NCBI GenBank assembly: GCA_025558095.1
Contig: JAIVFI010000040.1
Coordinates: forward strand, 124,001 to 188,000
Source: Hyaloraphidium curvatum SAG 235-1
Taxonomy: Eukaryota; Fungi; Monoblepharomycota
DNA: 64,000 nucleotides
Direction: 5' to 3'
Part shown: positions 37,695 through 50,033 of the stretch, in pieces
Layout of the letters: each line of letters opens with the position of its first letter
How positions within the stretch are numbered: position 1 is the first letter of the stretch
Made by a program: the position numbers and the translations under genes
The notes under the pieces: model-generated
Databases searched by the model: none
Told to the model about the DNA's origin: nothing
The model's input: the letters and a program-made list of their open reading frames with translations, nothing else

Positions 37695-38168
37695 ATGGCA
37701 ATGGAACGCCACGACGACGGGAAGGACATCTCGCTGGTAATCGACCGCGATTACAACCAGCAGGCCATCGCCAAGGAGAAGCAGGCCTTGGAAGAGGCCC
37801 AGGCTGCCAATGCCGATCCGCAATCCGCCGTGAACAAAGAGACTGGGGAGATCAACTGGGACTGCCCGTGTCTTGCCGACATGGTGAAGCCGCCTTGCGG
37901 CGAGACCTTTAAGGCCGCCTTCTCCTGCTTCGTGTACTCGACGACGGAGCCAAAGGGGATGGACTGCGTGGACAAGTTCCGGGAGATGCAGAGCTGCTTC
38001 AAGGACTACCCAGAGATCTATGGCCGCGAAACCGACGACGACGACGACGATGAGGACGAAGAGGCGGGCGAGGCTGGGCAGGATGCTGGTGTAGATGCGG
38101 CCGAGGCCGCAGCCGAGGCCGCCGCGGAGCTGGTGACAGAAGCGGTGGGAGACGTCGGGGACAAGTAA
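37695..38168 (+). CDS. MIA40: Mitochondrial intermembrane space oxidoreductase MIA40/CHCHD4 (short form)
   Basis: INWDCPCL followed by a twin CX9C motif ([22 protein letters not shown]). Confidence 0.93.
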   Translation: MAMERHDDGKDISLVIDRDYNQQAIAKEKQALEEAQAANADPQSAVNKETGEINWDCPCLADMVKPPCGETFKAAFSCFVYSTTEPKGMDCVDKFREMQSCFKDYPEIYGRETDDDDDDEDEEAGEAGQDAGVDAAEAAAEAAAELVTEAVGDVGDK

Positions 38169-38334
38169 AATCTCAATATAGATTCGCGGACTGCGGCTCA
38201 CCCGCCCGTCTGTGCATTACAATCAAAGGCTACCACTGTCAGTCCTCGTCCTGTCCGAGATCCGCCCTCCGCGCGCGCCTGTGTCGCGCCCCAGCTTCCG
38301 TTGCCACGCCAAACAGTTTGGTACAAGCCACGTT

Positions 38335-39074
38335 TCACACATCTGAAGTTCAGGGGTAAGCCAAGGAGCGCAGAATGCGGAGCAGGCGTCCCACCAGAGA
38401 TAGACATAGTCTGAGCAATGTTAGAGTCCTCGACCACCCGCATGAACTCTTCGAAGGAGATCTTCCCGTCCTCGTCCTGGTCCGCCTCCATGATGGTTTT
38501 GTCCACTATCTGCTGTAGTTGCTGGTCCCGGAGATTGTTCCCGACCATCATCTTCAGCACCAAGAACAGCTCGCCGTTGCTGATGAACCCATCACGATCC
38601 ATATCGTAGACCTTGAAGGCAACTGGCGGCACGCTCGTGAGCCAAGCTCGGGGACAGCTGCGAGACCATTCCCACATCGCAGCTTCTCCGTCCGGTTGCC
38701 GTTGGCGGTGAACGTGCTCAGCGCGGTAATGAACTCCTGGAAGTCCACGTCACCGCCCCCGTCCTCGTCGAAAATGGCAATCATGCGATGTGCAAGGGGG
38801 TTGTTGGCAATTTGCGGCAGCGAGAGGAACTCCTCCTTATCGATGGCGCCGGAACCATCCTTGTCAAGCTTCATGAAGCGCTTGTACAATCGCTGGATCT
38901 CATCCGGGGTGACTGCGCGTGCCGTGGACGCGTCAGATCCGCGGCAAATCATCGCTAGATATCTCCCACAGTTGGTGGCCGAAGCCAGGTCGTCCAGTTG
39001 TGAGCTCGCGGCCTGGGGGATGCTCGCCCAGTTGGAAGCACCGCGGCCGCGTCTGCGGTTCCACCCACCCCCAT
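38335..39074 (-). CDS. CNB1: Calcineurin regulatory subunit B
   Basis: N-terminus MGAASSQ, then [18 protein letters not shown] with four EF hands, and [25 protein letters not shown]. Confidence 0.95.
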
Positions 39075-39275
39075 CCCCACGTCAACACGGCGCTAGTGCC
39101 GCGTGAATGGTCTCGGGTCTAGTCCTTCCCTAGGTGCCCAGGCGCTATCGCCGTAGATCGCGTTTCGGCGACAGGCGGCGGACTGCAGTGACTCTCAGAA
39201 GGGAACGCACCCGCCGCCTTGCTGCCCGTGCAGACCTCGCCCGCGGTCTCCTGGGCGGGACGGTCGACGCGTTTC

Positions 39276-42200
39276 ATGCCTGACGCGCTCACTGAGCCCG
39301 CGGAAACAAACACTCCTGGTGCCGAAGGTTCTGAGGACGCCCATGCCCAACGTCGACGAGAACTCCGGGCCAAGAACCTGGAGGCATCCAAGAGCAGGCC
39401 AGGTGGATCAACCGCGCGGATTGCCTACGGCAGCTTCTCATCTGGCACGGCAGATCTATCCTCGCTGAAAAACCTGGATGCCTCGCTCAAGCGGAACACC
39501 TCGTTCATCAAGAAGCTGAAAGCGTCGATCACACCCGAGTCGCTTCCTTCTCTCTTGGCTGAGGTGGCCGCTCTGAAGCTCGAAAAGTATCTTTCGGAGG
39601 TCATCGGTTCTATTGTGGAATGTCGGCTCCGGAACGGCGCGGAAGTCTTTGCCGCGGTCGAAGTCTGCTCCGCCCTTCACCAACGCTACTCCGACTTCGC
39701 GGCGCCTCTCGTAGCGTCACTCCTGAAACTTCTCGGACCGCCGCCAGTACATCAGATATCGAGCGTGCCTTTGGAGCAGCGGGAGAAGGAGGATGCCGCC
39801 CGGATCAGCAGGCAGCGCACTGCGCTGCGGCTTTTGGTGGAGCTTTACTTGGTCAAGCTCGCCGGGGATCCCAAGGGAGACAAAGATGGGTTGATTTTCG
39901 GGGTCGTCCGTGATTTGGTGGGCGCCTGAAGCGCCTGTGCGCCGCCGTGACGCTGACGCGAAGTTGCGTAGTTTGGCAACGACAAGACCCACCACGTCAA
40001 CTTGTCGCTGGCCGTAACTTTCTCAAAGTTCTACGGCCAGGAGTTTTTGCCCGGGCAGAATCCCCCACTGGACGCCATTGTCGGAAACGAGCAGCGATCG
40101 TCTTTCAAAGCCCTCCTCGGTGACTACTGGAACAGCGCGGCCCGGCGTATCAAATCCGACCACAATGTGGGCACCGGCGCCTCGATCTGGCGCAGAAGAC
40201 GTGACTGACTTTTCTGCATCACCAGCGCCTACGGGACATGTCTCGCTCGCTGGCTGATCATGCGATTGCTCGGGGTGACGTCAGCGAGGACAGGCAGCAA
40301 CGATACGAGAACGCGCTCAAGGCCCACGAGAAGCTCATGGCGCTTGTCTCGTCCCTCGCAGAGGCTTTGGGGGAGACAATGCCGGAGCTGAAAGGCTTGG
40401 ACGAGGACACTGCAAACGTCTCGCGCCTCACCGGGATCGGAGTCGTCATGGACGGCGGATCGTCGCGCAACAGAGACGACTCAACTTCCAGCCTGGGACC
40501 GTGGGAGGACGAGGAAACCAAGTTCTTTTACGAGAACCTCGTCGACCTGAAGGATTTTGTGCCCGGCATCCTGCTCGGCGAGAAGCAGAAGGACGACGCC
40601 GGTGCTACAGCAGAAAAGGGAGGCGAGGAAGACACCACAGAGAACACGGACGAGGCGAAGGATCTTGGTGAAGAGTCTCGCGGGGCTGACGCAATCTCGA
40701 CAATGGACACGGATATCGCGGACGAGGAGCGGCCTCTAGACGACGACGAGGCTAAGGAAACGGGAGCTGCCACGTCGCAGCCTCAGCTCGACGCCCTCCT
40801 TGCGCGACTCCCGAACGCAATGAACCGGACCGCGATCGACCAGCTTGCGATCGATTTCTGCTACATCAACACAAAGTTGTCGCGTAGGAAGCTTGCGCGC
40901 GCCATGCTTTCGGTTCCGCGTCAGCGTTTGGACCTCTTGCCCTACTACGCTCGGATGCTGGCGATCCTGAAGCCGTACATGCCGGACGTCTTGGCGACCG
41001 TGGCTGATTCCTTGGATTCTGATTTTCGCCGTCAGCAGCGGCGCAGGGACACTGGCAGCTTGGACGACAAGATCAAGGTCGGCCCATTCGATCGGACCGG
41101 TGTGATGTTCCTCACACTCAGACGGGCTTCCCAGGTTGTTCGTTACATCGGCGAGCTCACCAAATTCAAAATCATCCACCTCCACGTCACCTTTCACTGC
41201 ATCAAAGTGCTCCTGGACGACTTTGCCGGACAGAACATTGAGGTTCTCGCCAACTTTCTCGAGTGCTGCGGTCGTTTTCTGGCCAAGTCGACGGAAACGA
41301 GCCAACGGATGGCAAATATGGTGAGCGGGTTGCGCAAGTCGAGACGGTCGTCGGCACTGTAACTTCACTTTGTCAGCTGGACATCATGATGAGGAAGAAG
41401 GCAGTCCAGCACCTCGACAACCGGCAGGTTCTTATGATCGAGAACGCCTACTACCAGTGCAACCCTCCCGACAAGCCCGCAGTCTCCACCAAAGTTCGGA
41501 CACCGATGGAAGCCTACATCAGGCGCCTGCTGTATTCGGAGCTCTCGAGAGCGTCTTCGGAAAAGATCCTCAAGCTTCTGAGAAAGCTCGACTGGGATGC
41601 AGGGCCGGTCTGTCGGCAGATGGAAAAGATCCTGACAAAGATCTGGAAGGTCCGCTTCAGCAACGTGCACCTCGTGGCGTTCCTTGTCGCGGAGCTGTCA
41701 TTGTATCATCCGGAACTCGGCGTCAAGGTCGTGGACGGGGTACTCGAGGAAGTGCGGCTCGGTCTCGAGGTATGGCCGGTGCCTTTTCGTCGGGTCCGGC
41801 TTGGAGCTCAACGAACCGCGGCAGCAAAACATATTCAAGCACAACCAACGCCGAATCGCATGCGTCAAGTACCTTGGCGAGCTCTACAACTATCGAATGC
41901 TGGACTCGGCCGTCATTTTCGACACCCTTTACCTCCTGCTCACTTTTGGTCACGGCGGAATGCCGCGCCCGGATGTCTTCAACCCGGCCGACGCTCCGCA
42001 CGATTTCTTCCGTGTCAGGCTTGTTTGCGCGCTCCTGGACCCTTGCGGGCCCGTCTTTGCCAAGGGCACCATGGCGAAGAAGCTGGATGCGTTCCTCGTC
42101 TTCCTGCAGCTGTACGTCAAGACCAAGATCGAACCGCCATTGGACATCATTTTCCTGCTTCAGGAGACTTTCGAGGCCTTGAGGCCGTCCGCGAAGCGTT

Positions 42201-42937
42201 ACGAATCCTTTGAAGAAGCTTTGGAAGCCTTGAAGGATCTGGCATCCGCTGCACAAGCGGCGGCAGCTACGGATGGCGAGGCTGGGGCGCAGGACGATGC
42301 AGACGAGGACGACGAAGAGGACACGCACAACAAGGGGGCGGCATCCAACGACGGTAGCGGCGGCCCGGAGAGCGACGGTTCGGAGGGGAGCGAGAGCGAC
42401 TCGGGATCCGCTTCTTCGGACGACCAAGGACGTGCCGAAGCGTCGTCGTCCGAGGATGAAGCGGTCATTGTGCACGTCGACGCCAAGGGACCAACGCAGG
42501 AGGAAGAGGAGGATTTCGAGAAGGAGTTCAACAAGATCCTTCAGGAGAGCGTGGAAAGCAGGAGGAGCGAGAAGAGGGTCATGAACCTGTTCGACGTCGC
42601 TATTCCCGTTCGCGGCGCTCGGCAAGACAAGCAAGCACATTCGGATGACGAGCAGTCGAGCGGGGACGAGGACAAGGAAAAGGGCGGCGTCACCTTTGCG
42701 GTGCTGACGAAGAAGGGCAGCAAGCAGCAGACGCGCATGATCTCGTTGCCGGCGGATTCGGCCTTCGCCATCAACACGCTCAAGAAACAGGAAGCCGATC
42801 GCGCGGAGCAGGCGGCTCTCAAGAAGCTCGTGCTTGATTCCGTGTCCGCGGATCCGGAACGCAGTGCGCATGCCCCGCCGACGCGGAAGGGCGGCAAGCT
42901 TGTACTTTTTTCCAATACCACGCACCGCGGTCCCTGA
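39276..42937 (+). CDS. UPF2: Nonsense-mediated decay factor UPF2/NMD2
   Basis: Motifs: LDASLKRNTSFIKKLK, WEDEETKFFYENLVDL, RLDLLPYYARM, IENAYYQCNPP and KYLGELYNYRM, followed by an acidic C-terminus. Confidence 0.93.
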
Positions 42938-43164
42938 GCTGCAAAGGTATGCCATGCTCTGATTGCACACAACTTTATCGCTGAAATCGCTACTCCTATA
43001 CATCCAATCGGGAATCTACGATATTCTTACTTCAGAATGCTTCTACGGTGTCAAATCTCAACGTCGAGTGCACCAGAATCCGAGAGGCCCTCGCGGCCAC
43101 TGTGCACGTCACATCGCCTCGCGAACGAACGTCTCGCGACCTGGGCTCCAATGGAGCAATAAGT

Positions 43165-44818
43165 TCACTTCTCGCCGAAGCTTTTGGACATCTCCGCCGC
43201 AAGGGCTTCGTCCAACGCGGGCGGAGCTCCGTTGGCTTTCGTTTCCGACGCCATGTGCGCCTGGAAATGGCGCCGCAGGTGATCCCTGCGGTAGTACTTG
43301 CACACGCATCCAATGATCGGGCATGCTGCGGCGGCAGTCAGAAAGGCACGGATGTGGGCCGGGGAAGCGGACGAACCATGGATCCGCGACTCCTCCCCGT
43401 CGTGGCTCCTGCGGTGGCGCCGCATGTGGCCGTTCTGCTTGAAGCTCTTGCCGCACTGCGGGCAATGGTAGTTCCCGCTACCTTTGCTGTTGGAGGTCGG
43501 CGTGCCCGGCGTGCCGCGGGATGGGGAGCTAGGGGATGTCGTCGACAAGGACCTCGCCGATTGCCGCCAAGCGGAGCGAGGGAGCCTGGTGTTGATGCCG
43601 AGGGGTCCCCCGTGGTCTGTAGTCTGGGCCTTGTTGGACATATTGAGCCTCTGGCTCGTGCGAGAGGAGCGCCGTTGTCCTCGCCGCGATCCAGCTGCGG
43701 GTTTGCAGTCAGATCCTTGTTCTTCAGGAGGTCAGATGATGGCAGCTCACCGCGTCGGGACGAGGGCTCCTCGTAGTCGTCGTCGTCATCCTCGTCCTCA
43801 TCTTCCATCGCTTCGTCGTTGACGTCGTCGTTTGAATCGAGACCGGCATCCTCCCCATCGTGGGCCCCCTTCTCCTGCCTCGGGCTGCTCTCTCCGTCCG
43901 CATCATCATCAGCATAGTCCCTCTCCGTTCTGACATGGCGGTCCGGATCGGAAGGCATGGGGGGCATGATGGCCGGAGGCTCGTAGGAAAGCTGGAACTC
44001 GTAGTTGTGCTGCATGTACGTGGTCGTTCCAGACGACGACGTCATGGATCCTCCGTTGTAGAGGGGAGCAGTGCTGTCCACGGCTTCAAACTCGAGATGT
44101 CCGGACGCAACCGTTGAGGACGACGGCGTGGGTCTTGTCGTTGGCTGCATGCCCGCGACGGTGGCCTCCGGTCTCGGCGACGGTGTCGACCTCGCATCGT
44201 CCTGGGCGATGAACTCAGATGCAAGCTGGGAGGCAAAGCGGGTCACTATAGGGTCATCGCACGCAGATGAGGTTCGACCACTACCTGGCTGTACTTTTCC
44301 GGTGTCAGATCGTCGCTCGGATGGTTGTGGTGGCCCATGCCCGGAGGCCGCAGGCGCGGGCCAGGAAGGACGGAAGCAGCTCCGTAGTACAGCTGCTGAG
44401 GCTGCTGGTAGGGATTGAATGCAAGTGGAAGGAGCGTTTGCTGCATTCCGATGGGCTGTTGCATCCCCGAGTGCTGCGGAATGCCGACGTTTTGCGCCAC
44501 GGCGGGCGAGTAGAAGTAATGCGGCGCCGGCGAGTTCAGCAGCGACGCTGTGGCACCGGAAAAGTCCATGCTTCGGTACATGTTGTCGTACGGAGCGAGA
44601 ATGCTGGAGGGCGCGGGCAGGCCCAGCAGGCCGCTGCCGAGCTTGTCGATGTGGTGGTGCTGCCCGGGCGGCCGGACAACCATGCCATCGTAGTGGAACG
44701 GGGGCGAGGTTCCGGAGCTGGAAGACTGCGCATCGGGCGCAGCCTCGTCCGCGTCCCTCAGTGTCGGCGACATGGAGAGGTGCGACGACGGCGAATGATA
44801 AGGCTTCGGCGTCTCCAT
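43165..44818 (-). CDS. C2H2 zinc-finger transcription factor (multi-exon)
   Basis: Two fingers, CPQCGKSFKQNGHMRRHRRSH and CPIIGCVCKYYRRDHLRRHFQAH, follow Q/P/S-rich and acidic regions. Confidence 0.75.
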
Positions 44819-45172
44819 AACCGCCCCGCTGCAGTCCTCTCGCCCACGTCGACAGCCGGGGCCGAACCCTTAGAGCTCAACACCCCGCCGTGGAAGCAGC
44901 AGTGCGACGCGGAAGTGCGCGTCCTTGCCGTGGACTCGCGGCGGTGACAGACCGGTGCGCAATTCTCCGGCTCGCCAGCGAGCAGGACCGCCGCCCCCGG
45001 GCAGAATGTTAAACGGCAAGTCGCCGAAACCAGGCGCGCTCGCACAGCTATGGTTTCCTCGCACGGCGGTCGGGGGAAGAGGTCGAGTGGACAGCCGGAA
45101 ATGCACCAAGCCCCCGCCGCAGCGTGTTTTTTTTCTGTGGTCCCTTTCCCTTTCAACCTTTCCACACCTTAT

Positions 45173-48100
45173 CTACCGCAACTTGTACTTCTCCGCAGCG
45201 TCCTGCAAGGCGTTTGATGCATCCATCAAGCGCGCAACCGCTGCCAGCCCGAGGATGCAACCGGCATCCGTCGCGATCGTCGCAACGAAGGCGAGCATGA
45301 ACCGCGGCGCGAAAACCTTCCAGACCATCAAATGCCGCCTCAAAACGATGCAGCTCAGCATCGAAAGCAATGAAATGCAGGCGACGAGAGAGGAATGAAG
45401 CATGGTAGCTCGTAGCGCCCTCGCGCGTCCCTGGCTCCCTACGCCGGCTTCGCCGAGGCGAATGACAGCAAGGACGGGCACCGCCGCTCCCACCAGGAGA
45501 AACGGCCCCGTGAAGTTGGCCATCACCATGATAGGACTCAGGATGTAGTGCACGTGACGCAGTCCCACGAACCCCATGCCCCAATCCAGGGTCGAGAGCG
45601 CAGCCTGGTGGCCGGTTCGGAAAAAGAAGTGATGGACAACGATTGCGAGCAACCCCGAAACCGGCAGTCCGTCGTCCAAGCTTGCTCCGAGCACCAAAAG
45701 CAAGGCGAAGCACAGTAGAAGATTCGCTGCCCCTTGTCCCCGCTGGAAGAGGACCAGGGTGGCGGTGATGATTGCCAGCCACGCTACGCCGCTGGCCCTC
45801 GTGTTGGTCTCCGATCCAACCAACTTCCACGACGGCCCGTTCTCCCGCGGCCGGCTCGTGACGTCGAGCGAGGCGGGATTCGACCACCAAACAGCCCATG
45901 CCGTGCAGCAAAGTGGTAGCCACACGAAGCGGACGATCGCTGTCTTGGCCCTGTCTACGCCTGCTTCGGACAATGATCCCAGTCCTCCACCCGAGCTCTG
46001 CAAATGCCAGTCCAACCACCAGAAAGCACCGAAAGCAAGCATCAACCCCGGAAACAGAACCGCAAGGATAAAGCTCGGGGCTCCGTGGATCGATGCACGT
46101 CGTGGGATGAGAAGTCCAGAGCCAGACCCCATGCGCTGCGCCAGACCAATGACCATGACCGCCGCAATCGACATAGCATACATAGACACAAGCGAGGGAA
46201 CGCTGGAAGCCGGCGAAGAATAGAATGTCGGCGAGCACGATGGTAGCTGCTCCTCCCGGCAAACCGTCGAATGAGATGAGACAACAATGAGTGCTGTGCA
46301 AACGGCAAGGTGTGCCAGAGTGGATCTAAACGAGGTGGAGTTTGCAGAGCGGTACCAGGAAAACCAAGCCACTAGTACCAAGCCGAGCAGGGCAAGCCGA
46401 AACGTGTAGTAGTCCTCCCAGATGACGTACTGAACACTGCCCATCGATGCCGCTTGGATCAGGGGCAGCACCAGAGGGATGGAGTCTACGACGTTCCGTA
46501 CGCGGAGAGAGGACAGGCGCCGGAAACCATAGACAAAAACAGCCTCGATCGCGACCCCGAGCGCGGATCCTGCAAATCCGCCGACCGCCGCCTGGGTGGC
46601 CAGATTCCAGTGGGACAATGGCCGGTTAGCCATAGCCGAGGACAGTCCCACGAGGCCCCGCACTACGAGGAAGCCCACGAGGCCCCCACGGAGGCCTGCG
46701 ATCACGAGCGTTTCGGGCAAGAATTCCGTGGCGGGAACCGCGGCGAACATGGCGGCAAGGAGCACGACGACACCGGCCGCCATGATCGTGACGTCAAAAT
46801 GCGCCCATAGCTCTCGCAGGACCTGCAAGCTGCCCCGCGTGAACCGCAGGTAGGCAATTGCCGCGTCTTCGGCCCGATCGTCCGAGTCCTTCGATGTCCG
46901 ATGCGCACTTTCGCCCTGTCTAAAGAGACTTTGCAAGGCCGCGAGCTGCGATGCTGGCAGATCTCGCGGCGAAACTTCTGCGTACTTCTCGAGGTATGTC
47001 AGGATCTGCCGGGCATTGGCTTCGTGAACGTCTACGAGCTGTGCCAGCTTCCTCTGGTACGGGACAGTGTGCCGGCTCCATACTAGCTCGGGAACAATAG
47101 AGCCTAAGTTCTGGAAGGGTATCGGAACGCCCATGAGCAGGGCGAGGCTGGGAACGAGGTCGATCTGCGCCACGGTGCGGCAGAGCCCCGCACAGAGGGC
47201 GTCGTACGGATCCTGGCCCGAGTTTCCGTCTAGCTTCGCGGATGCAAGCTTCTCTGCAAACAATTCCAAGCGCCGTTTCTCGTCCATGCTGGCGACGAAC
47301 CCCTGCGGGGAATAGGCAAACACGCCGGCGTCCACTTCGAGAGCGCTGTCCCCGCCGTGATCGCCCTTGGAATCCATGCCGTGATCTCCTAGGACGACAA
47401 GCAGGTCCCCGTCCGCGAGCAGAGCCGCAGTCTCTGCGATGACATCGTCCATTTCCCGAAGCTTCCTCTCCATCTCGGGGTGCGCCGGGCCGTAGCGGTG
47501 TCCTGCATGGTCGACACCGAGAAAATGAGCCACTAGAATGTCCCATGCTCCCCTTTCCCCGCGCAGAGTTGGAAATAGGTGCTTCTGGCATCCTTCATCC
47601 ACCGTATCGAGATCCCACACGTTCAAACTCGGATACGGATAGCTCGCGTTCGGAGACAGCTCCGAAGGAAACAGACCCATCCACGTGTCGTCGCCCATGA
47701 ACACCAGCTCTTTTCCCTGGCCGGTGACGAGCTGGTAAAGCAGGTTGTCCTCCTCCACGGCGGTGCCACCGAAGTTGGACCCAGCCTCGACGAAGGTCGG
47801 CAGCGACCCGGTAACGAGCGCCTTCAGACGCTGCAGCGTCGTTGTCGGCGGATCGGCACGGAATCTCGCCAGAAAGGTATGCAGCGGCCTGTCGCGCAGC
47901 AGACCAGCGAGCCGCTCCATCTTGCCCCTGAAAAAGGAGCACGCATTCCCCTCTGCGCTGGACGAAACGTCCGCCTCTGGGCGTCCAAAGTCGTAGCGCC
48001 AACCATCGATCACGATTAGCACGAGCCGCTTGAACGGGGGGTCCGCGGGACACGCCGCGCCCCCGGTCCCATCGTGCGCTCCGCACTCGCTGCGGTCCGT

Positions 48101-48190
48101 CAGGGCCGTGCGGCTCAGCAGGAATCCCGATGCAAACAGCAGGATCGCGACCGCGTGCAGGACCGCGATCGAGAGGAACCGTAGGAGCAT
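45173..48190 (-). CDS. GPI13: GPI ethanolamine phosphate transferase 3 (GPI13/PIG-O)
   Basis: Motifs: ADPPTTTLQRLKALVTGSLPTFVEAGSNF, HFLGVDHAGH, GDHGMDSKGDHGG, CREEQ and RRHLMVWKVFAPRF. Confidence 0.93.
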   Translation of the reverse strand: MLLRFLSIAVLHAVAILLFASGFLLSRTALTDRSECGAHDGTGGAACPADPPFKRLVLIVIDGWRYDFGRPEADVSSSAEGNACSFFRGKMERLAGLLRDRPLHTFLARFRADPPTTTLQRLKALVTGSLPTFVEAGSNFGGTAVEEDNLLYQLVTGQGKELVFMGDDTWMGLFPSELSPNASYPYPSLNVWDLDTVDEGCQKHLFPTLRGERGAWDILVAHFLGVDHAGHRYGPAHPEMERKLREMDDVIAETAALLADGDLLVVLGDHGMDSKGDHGGDSALEVDAGVFAYSPQGFVASMDEKRRLELFAEKLASAKLDGNSGQDPYDALCAGLCRTVAQIDLVPSLALLMGVPIPFQNLGSIVPELVWSRHTVPYQRKLAQLVDVHEANARQILTYLEKYAEVSPRDLPASQLAALQSLFRQGESAHRTSKDSDDRAEDAAIAYLRFTRGSLQVLRELWAHFDVTIMAAGVVVLLAAMFAAVPATEFLPETLVIAGLRGGLVGFLVVRGLVGLSSAMANRPLSHWNLATQAAVGGFAGSALGVAIEAVFVYGFRRLSSLRVRNVVDSIPLVLPLIQAASMGSVQYVIWEDYYTFRLALLGLVLVAWFSWYRSANSTSFRSTLAHLAVCTALIVVSSHSTVCREEQLPSCSPTFYSSPASSVPSLVSMYAMSIAAVMVIGLAQRMGSGSGLLIPRRASIHGAPSFILAVLFPGLMLAFGAFWWLDWHLQSSGGGLGSLSEAGVDRAKTAIVRFVWLPLCCTAWAVWWSNPASLDVTSRPRENGPSWKLVGSETNTRASGVAWLAIITATLVLFQRGQGAANLLLCFALLLVLGASLDDGLPVSGLLAIVVHHFFFRTGHQAALSTLDWGMGFVGLRHVHYILSPIMVMANFTGPFLLVGAAVPVLAVIRLGEAGVGSQGRARALRATMLHSSLVACISLLSMLSCIVLRRHLMVWKVFAPRFMLAFVATIATDAGCILGLAAVARLMDASNALQDAAEKYKLR

Positions 48191-48296
48191 TGTCGGCACC
48201 ACGTGCCCTTGCGGCGGGATGCGGCGTGCCAGCGATCGACCCTCGGATGCGATCGCGCTCAACAGAACACGGCGTCAACGGCACATTGTGGACCAG

Positions 48297-49910
48297 ATGG
48301 CACTCGGTACGCGTTCGACGGCGCGTTTTACGCGCCTCGCGGGCCAGAGAATCTCGCCCTGTCCTCTTGGTCTCCATGGGACGGCATGCTGTGGCCCGCG
48401 GGCGCCGCGTTCGGACCTGTCATCCCGGCGGCGGATGTCCTCCGAGCGCGCCAAGGGCAAGGCGGTGCCTACGATGAATCATTGGGACATGATGCGCTTC
48501 AAGGACCACGAGCGGCCCGAGCCGGTGCCCGTCGCGGAGTACACTGCCCTCGATTCGGCAAAGGCAGCCAAGCTGCGACAGCCGCCTACGACGGCGCGAA
48601 TGCTCACGCGGGACTTCATCGAGGATGCTCTGTACAACCCTCACTATGGCTACTTTACCAAGAGGGCGAACATTTTCCGCTGGGACGAGCCGCCGGAGTT
48701 TGGCGCTCTCCTCGACGAGCTGGACTTCACGGACAAGGTCGCCCGACTGTACGCACAGCTGGAGCCGCAGGCCGCGCAAGTCATGGGAGACGGAGCGCAA
48801 CAGCTGTGGCACACGCCCGTGGAGCTCTTCCGGCCCTGGTACGGCTACGCCGTTGCCAACTACATCCTGACGGGGCACCGCCGCCGGGAAGAGCGGGAGA
48901 ACGCGGCCAGGGACCTCCTGATCTTTGAGGTCGGCGGAGGCAACGGTACCATGATGATGAACGTGCTGGACTATCTGCGGGAGCGCGCGCCCGACCTCTA
49001 CGGCAGAACACGGTACACCGTCATCGAGATCTCGCCCAAGCTGTCGCGACAGCAGGCAAAGCTACTTGCGGACGTCAAGTCCTCTCACCCGCGGGCCTTT
49101 CTTGTGAACAAGAGCATCTTCGAGTGGGACCAGTTTGTACCGGACGAGTGCTTTTTCCTGGCGTCGGAAGTCATCGTGGGTGCCTTCCCTAACCCTTGGC
49201 TCGCGATCTCACCCGAATCCCAATCAGGACAACTTTGCACACGATGTCATTCGGTACGATACCGCGACCTTTGAGCCCCGCCAGGGCCTTGTCCTGGTGT
49301 CCGAGAGCGGAGACTACTCGGAGGCTTTCGAAGAGGTGTCCGACCCTCTGATCTCAAAGTTTCTGGCCGTCGCGGAACGAATCGGCTACGCGAGCCCGGC
49401 TCGGAAATGGTCGTCCTTCTGGCGCCTTAGGAACGTGTTCCCGTTCGCACCCAACCTCTCCGAAGCAGAGTTCATCCCAGTCAGGACCATGGAACTGTTC
49501 CAGAGGTTGCACGACTACTTTCCCGCGCACAGGCTTGTGCTTTCGGACTTTTCCATGCTGCCAGACACCGTGCCAGGCACGAACGGGCCGGTGGTGCAGA
49601 TCCGCCATCAGCAGTCCATGATTCCTTGGTAGGTGAACCGCAGCAGCGTGAGTGACTCTGACCGCGAGAACTCGTCTGCAGCACCACCCACCTGGTCCAG
49701 CCCGGGCGCTTCGACATCTTCTTCCCCTCGGACTTTGAGCTCCTGAGAGCGTTGTATGCTCTTGTATGCCACCGGAACGGAGAGGACGTCTCCGTTCAGA
49801 CGCAGAGGCAGTTCATGGAGGCATGGTCGGATCCAGAAAAAACGACGACGCTTTCGGGCGAGAGGCCGATGCTAAGCATGTACACAAACATGAAATGGTT
49901 GCTCTCCTAG
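48297..49910 (+). CDS. NDUFAF7/MidA-family SAM-dependent methyltransferase (YKL162C-like; start uncertain)
   Basis: Motifs: RDFIEDALYNPHYGYF, LWHTPVELFRPWYG, FEVGGGNGT, DNFAHDVIRYD and LVQPGRFDIFFP. Confidence 0.85.
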
Positions 49911-50033
49911 ATACCTTTTGCTCTTACGCGAGAGGTCCGTTTCCTGCTAGGGGTCGACGCCTCGACACAGCCCGACCGCGGCGAGCCGGAGACCACTCAC
50001 GAACCCCGGTGACACCCCGGACAGGCCGCCTCA

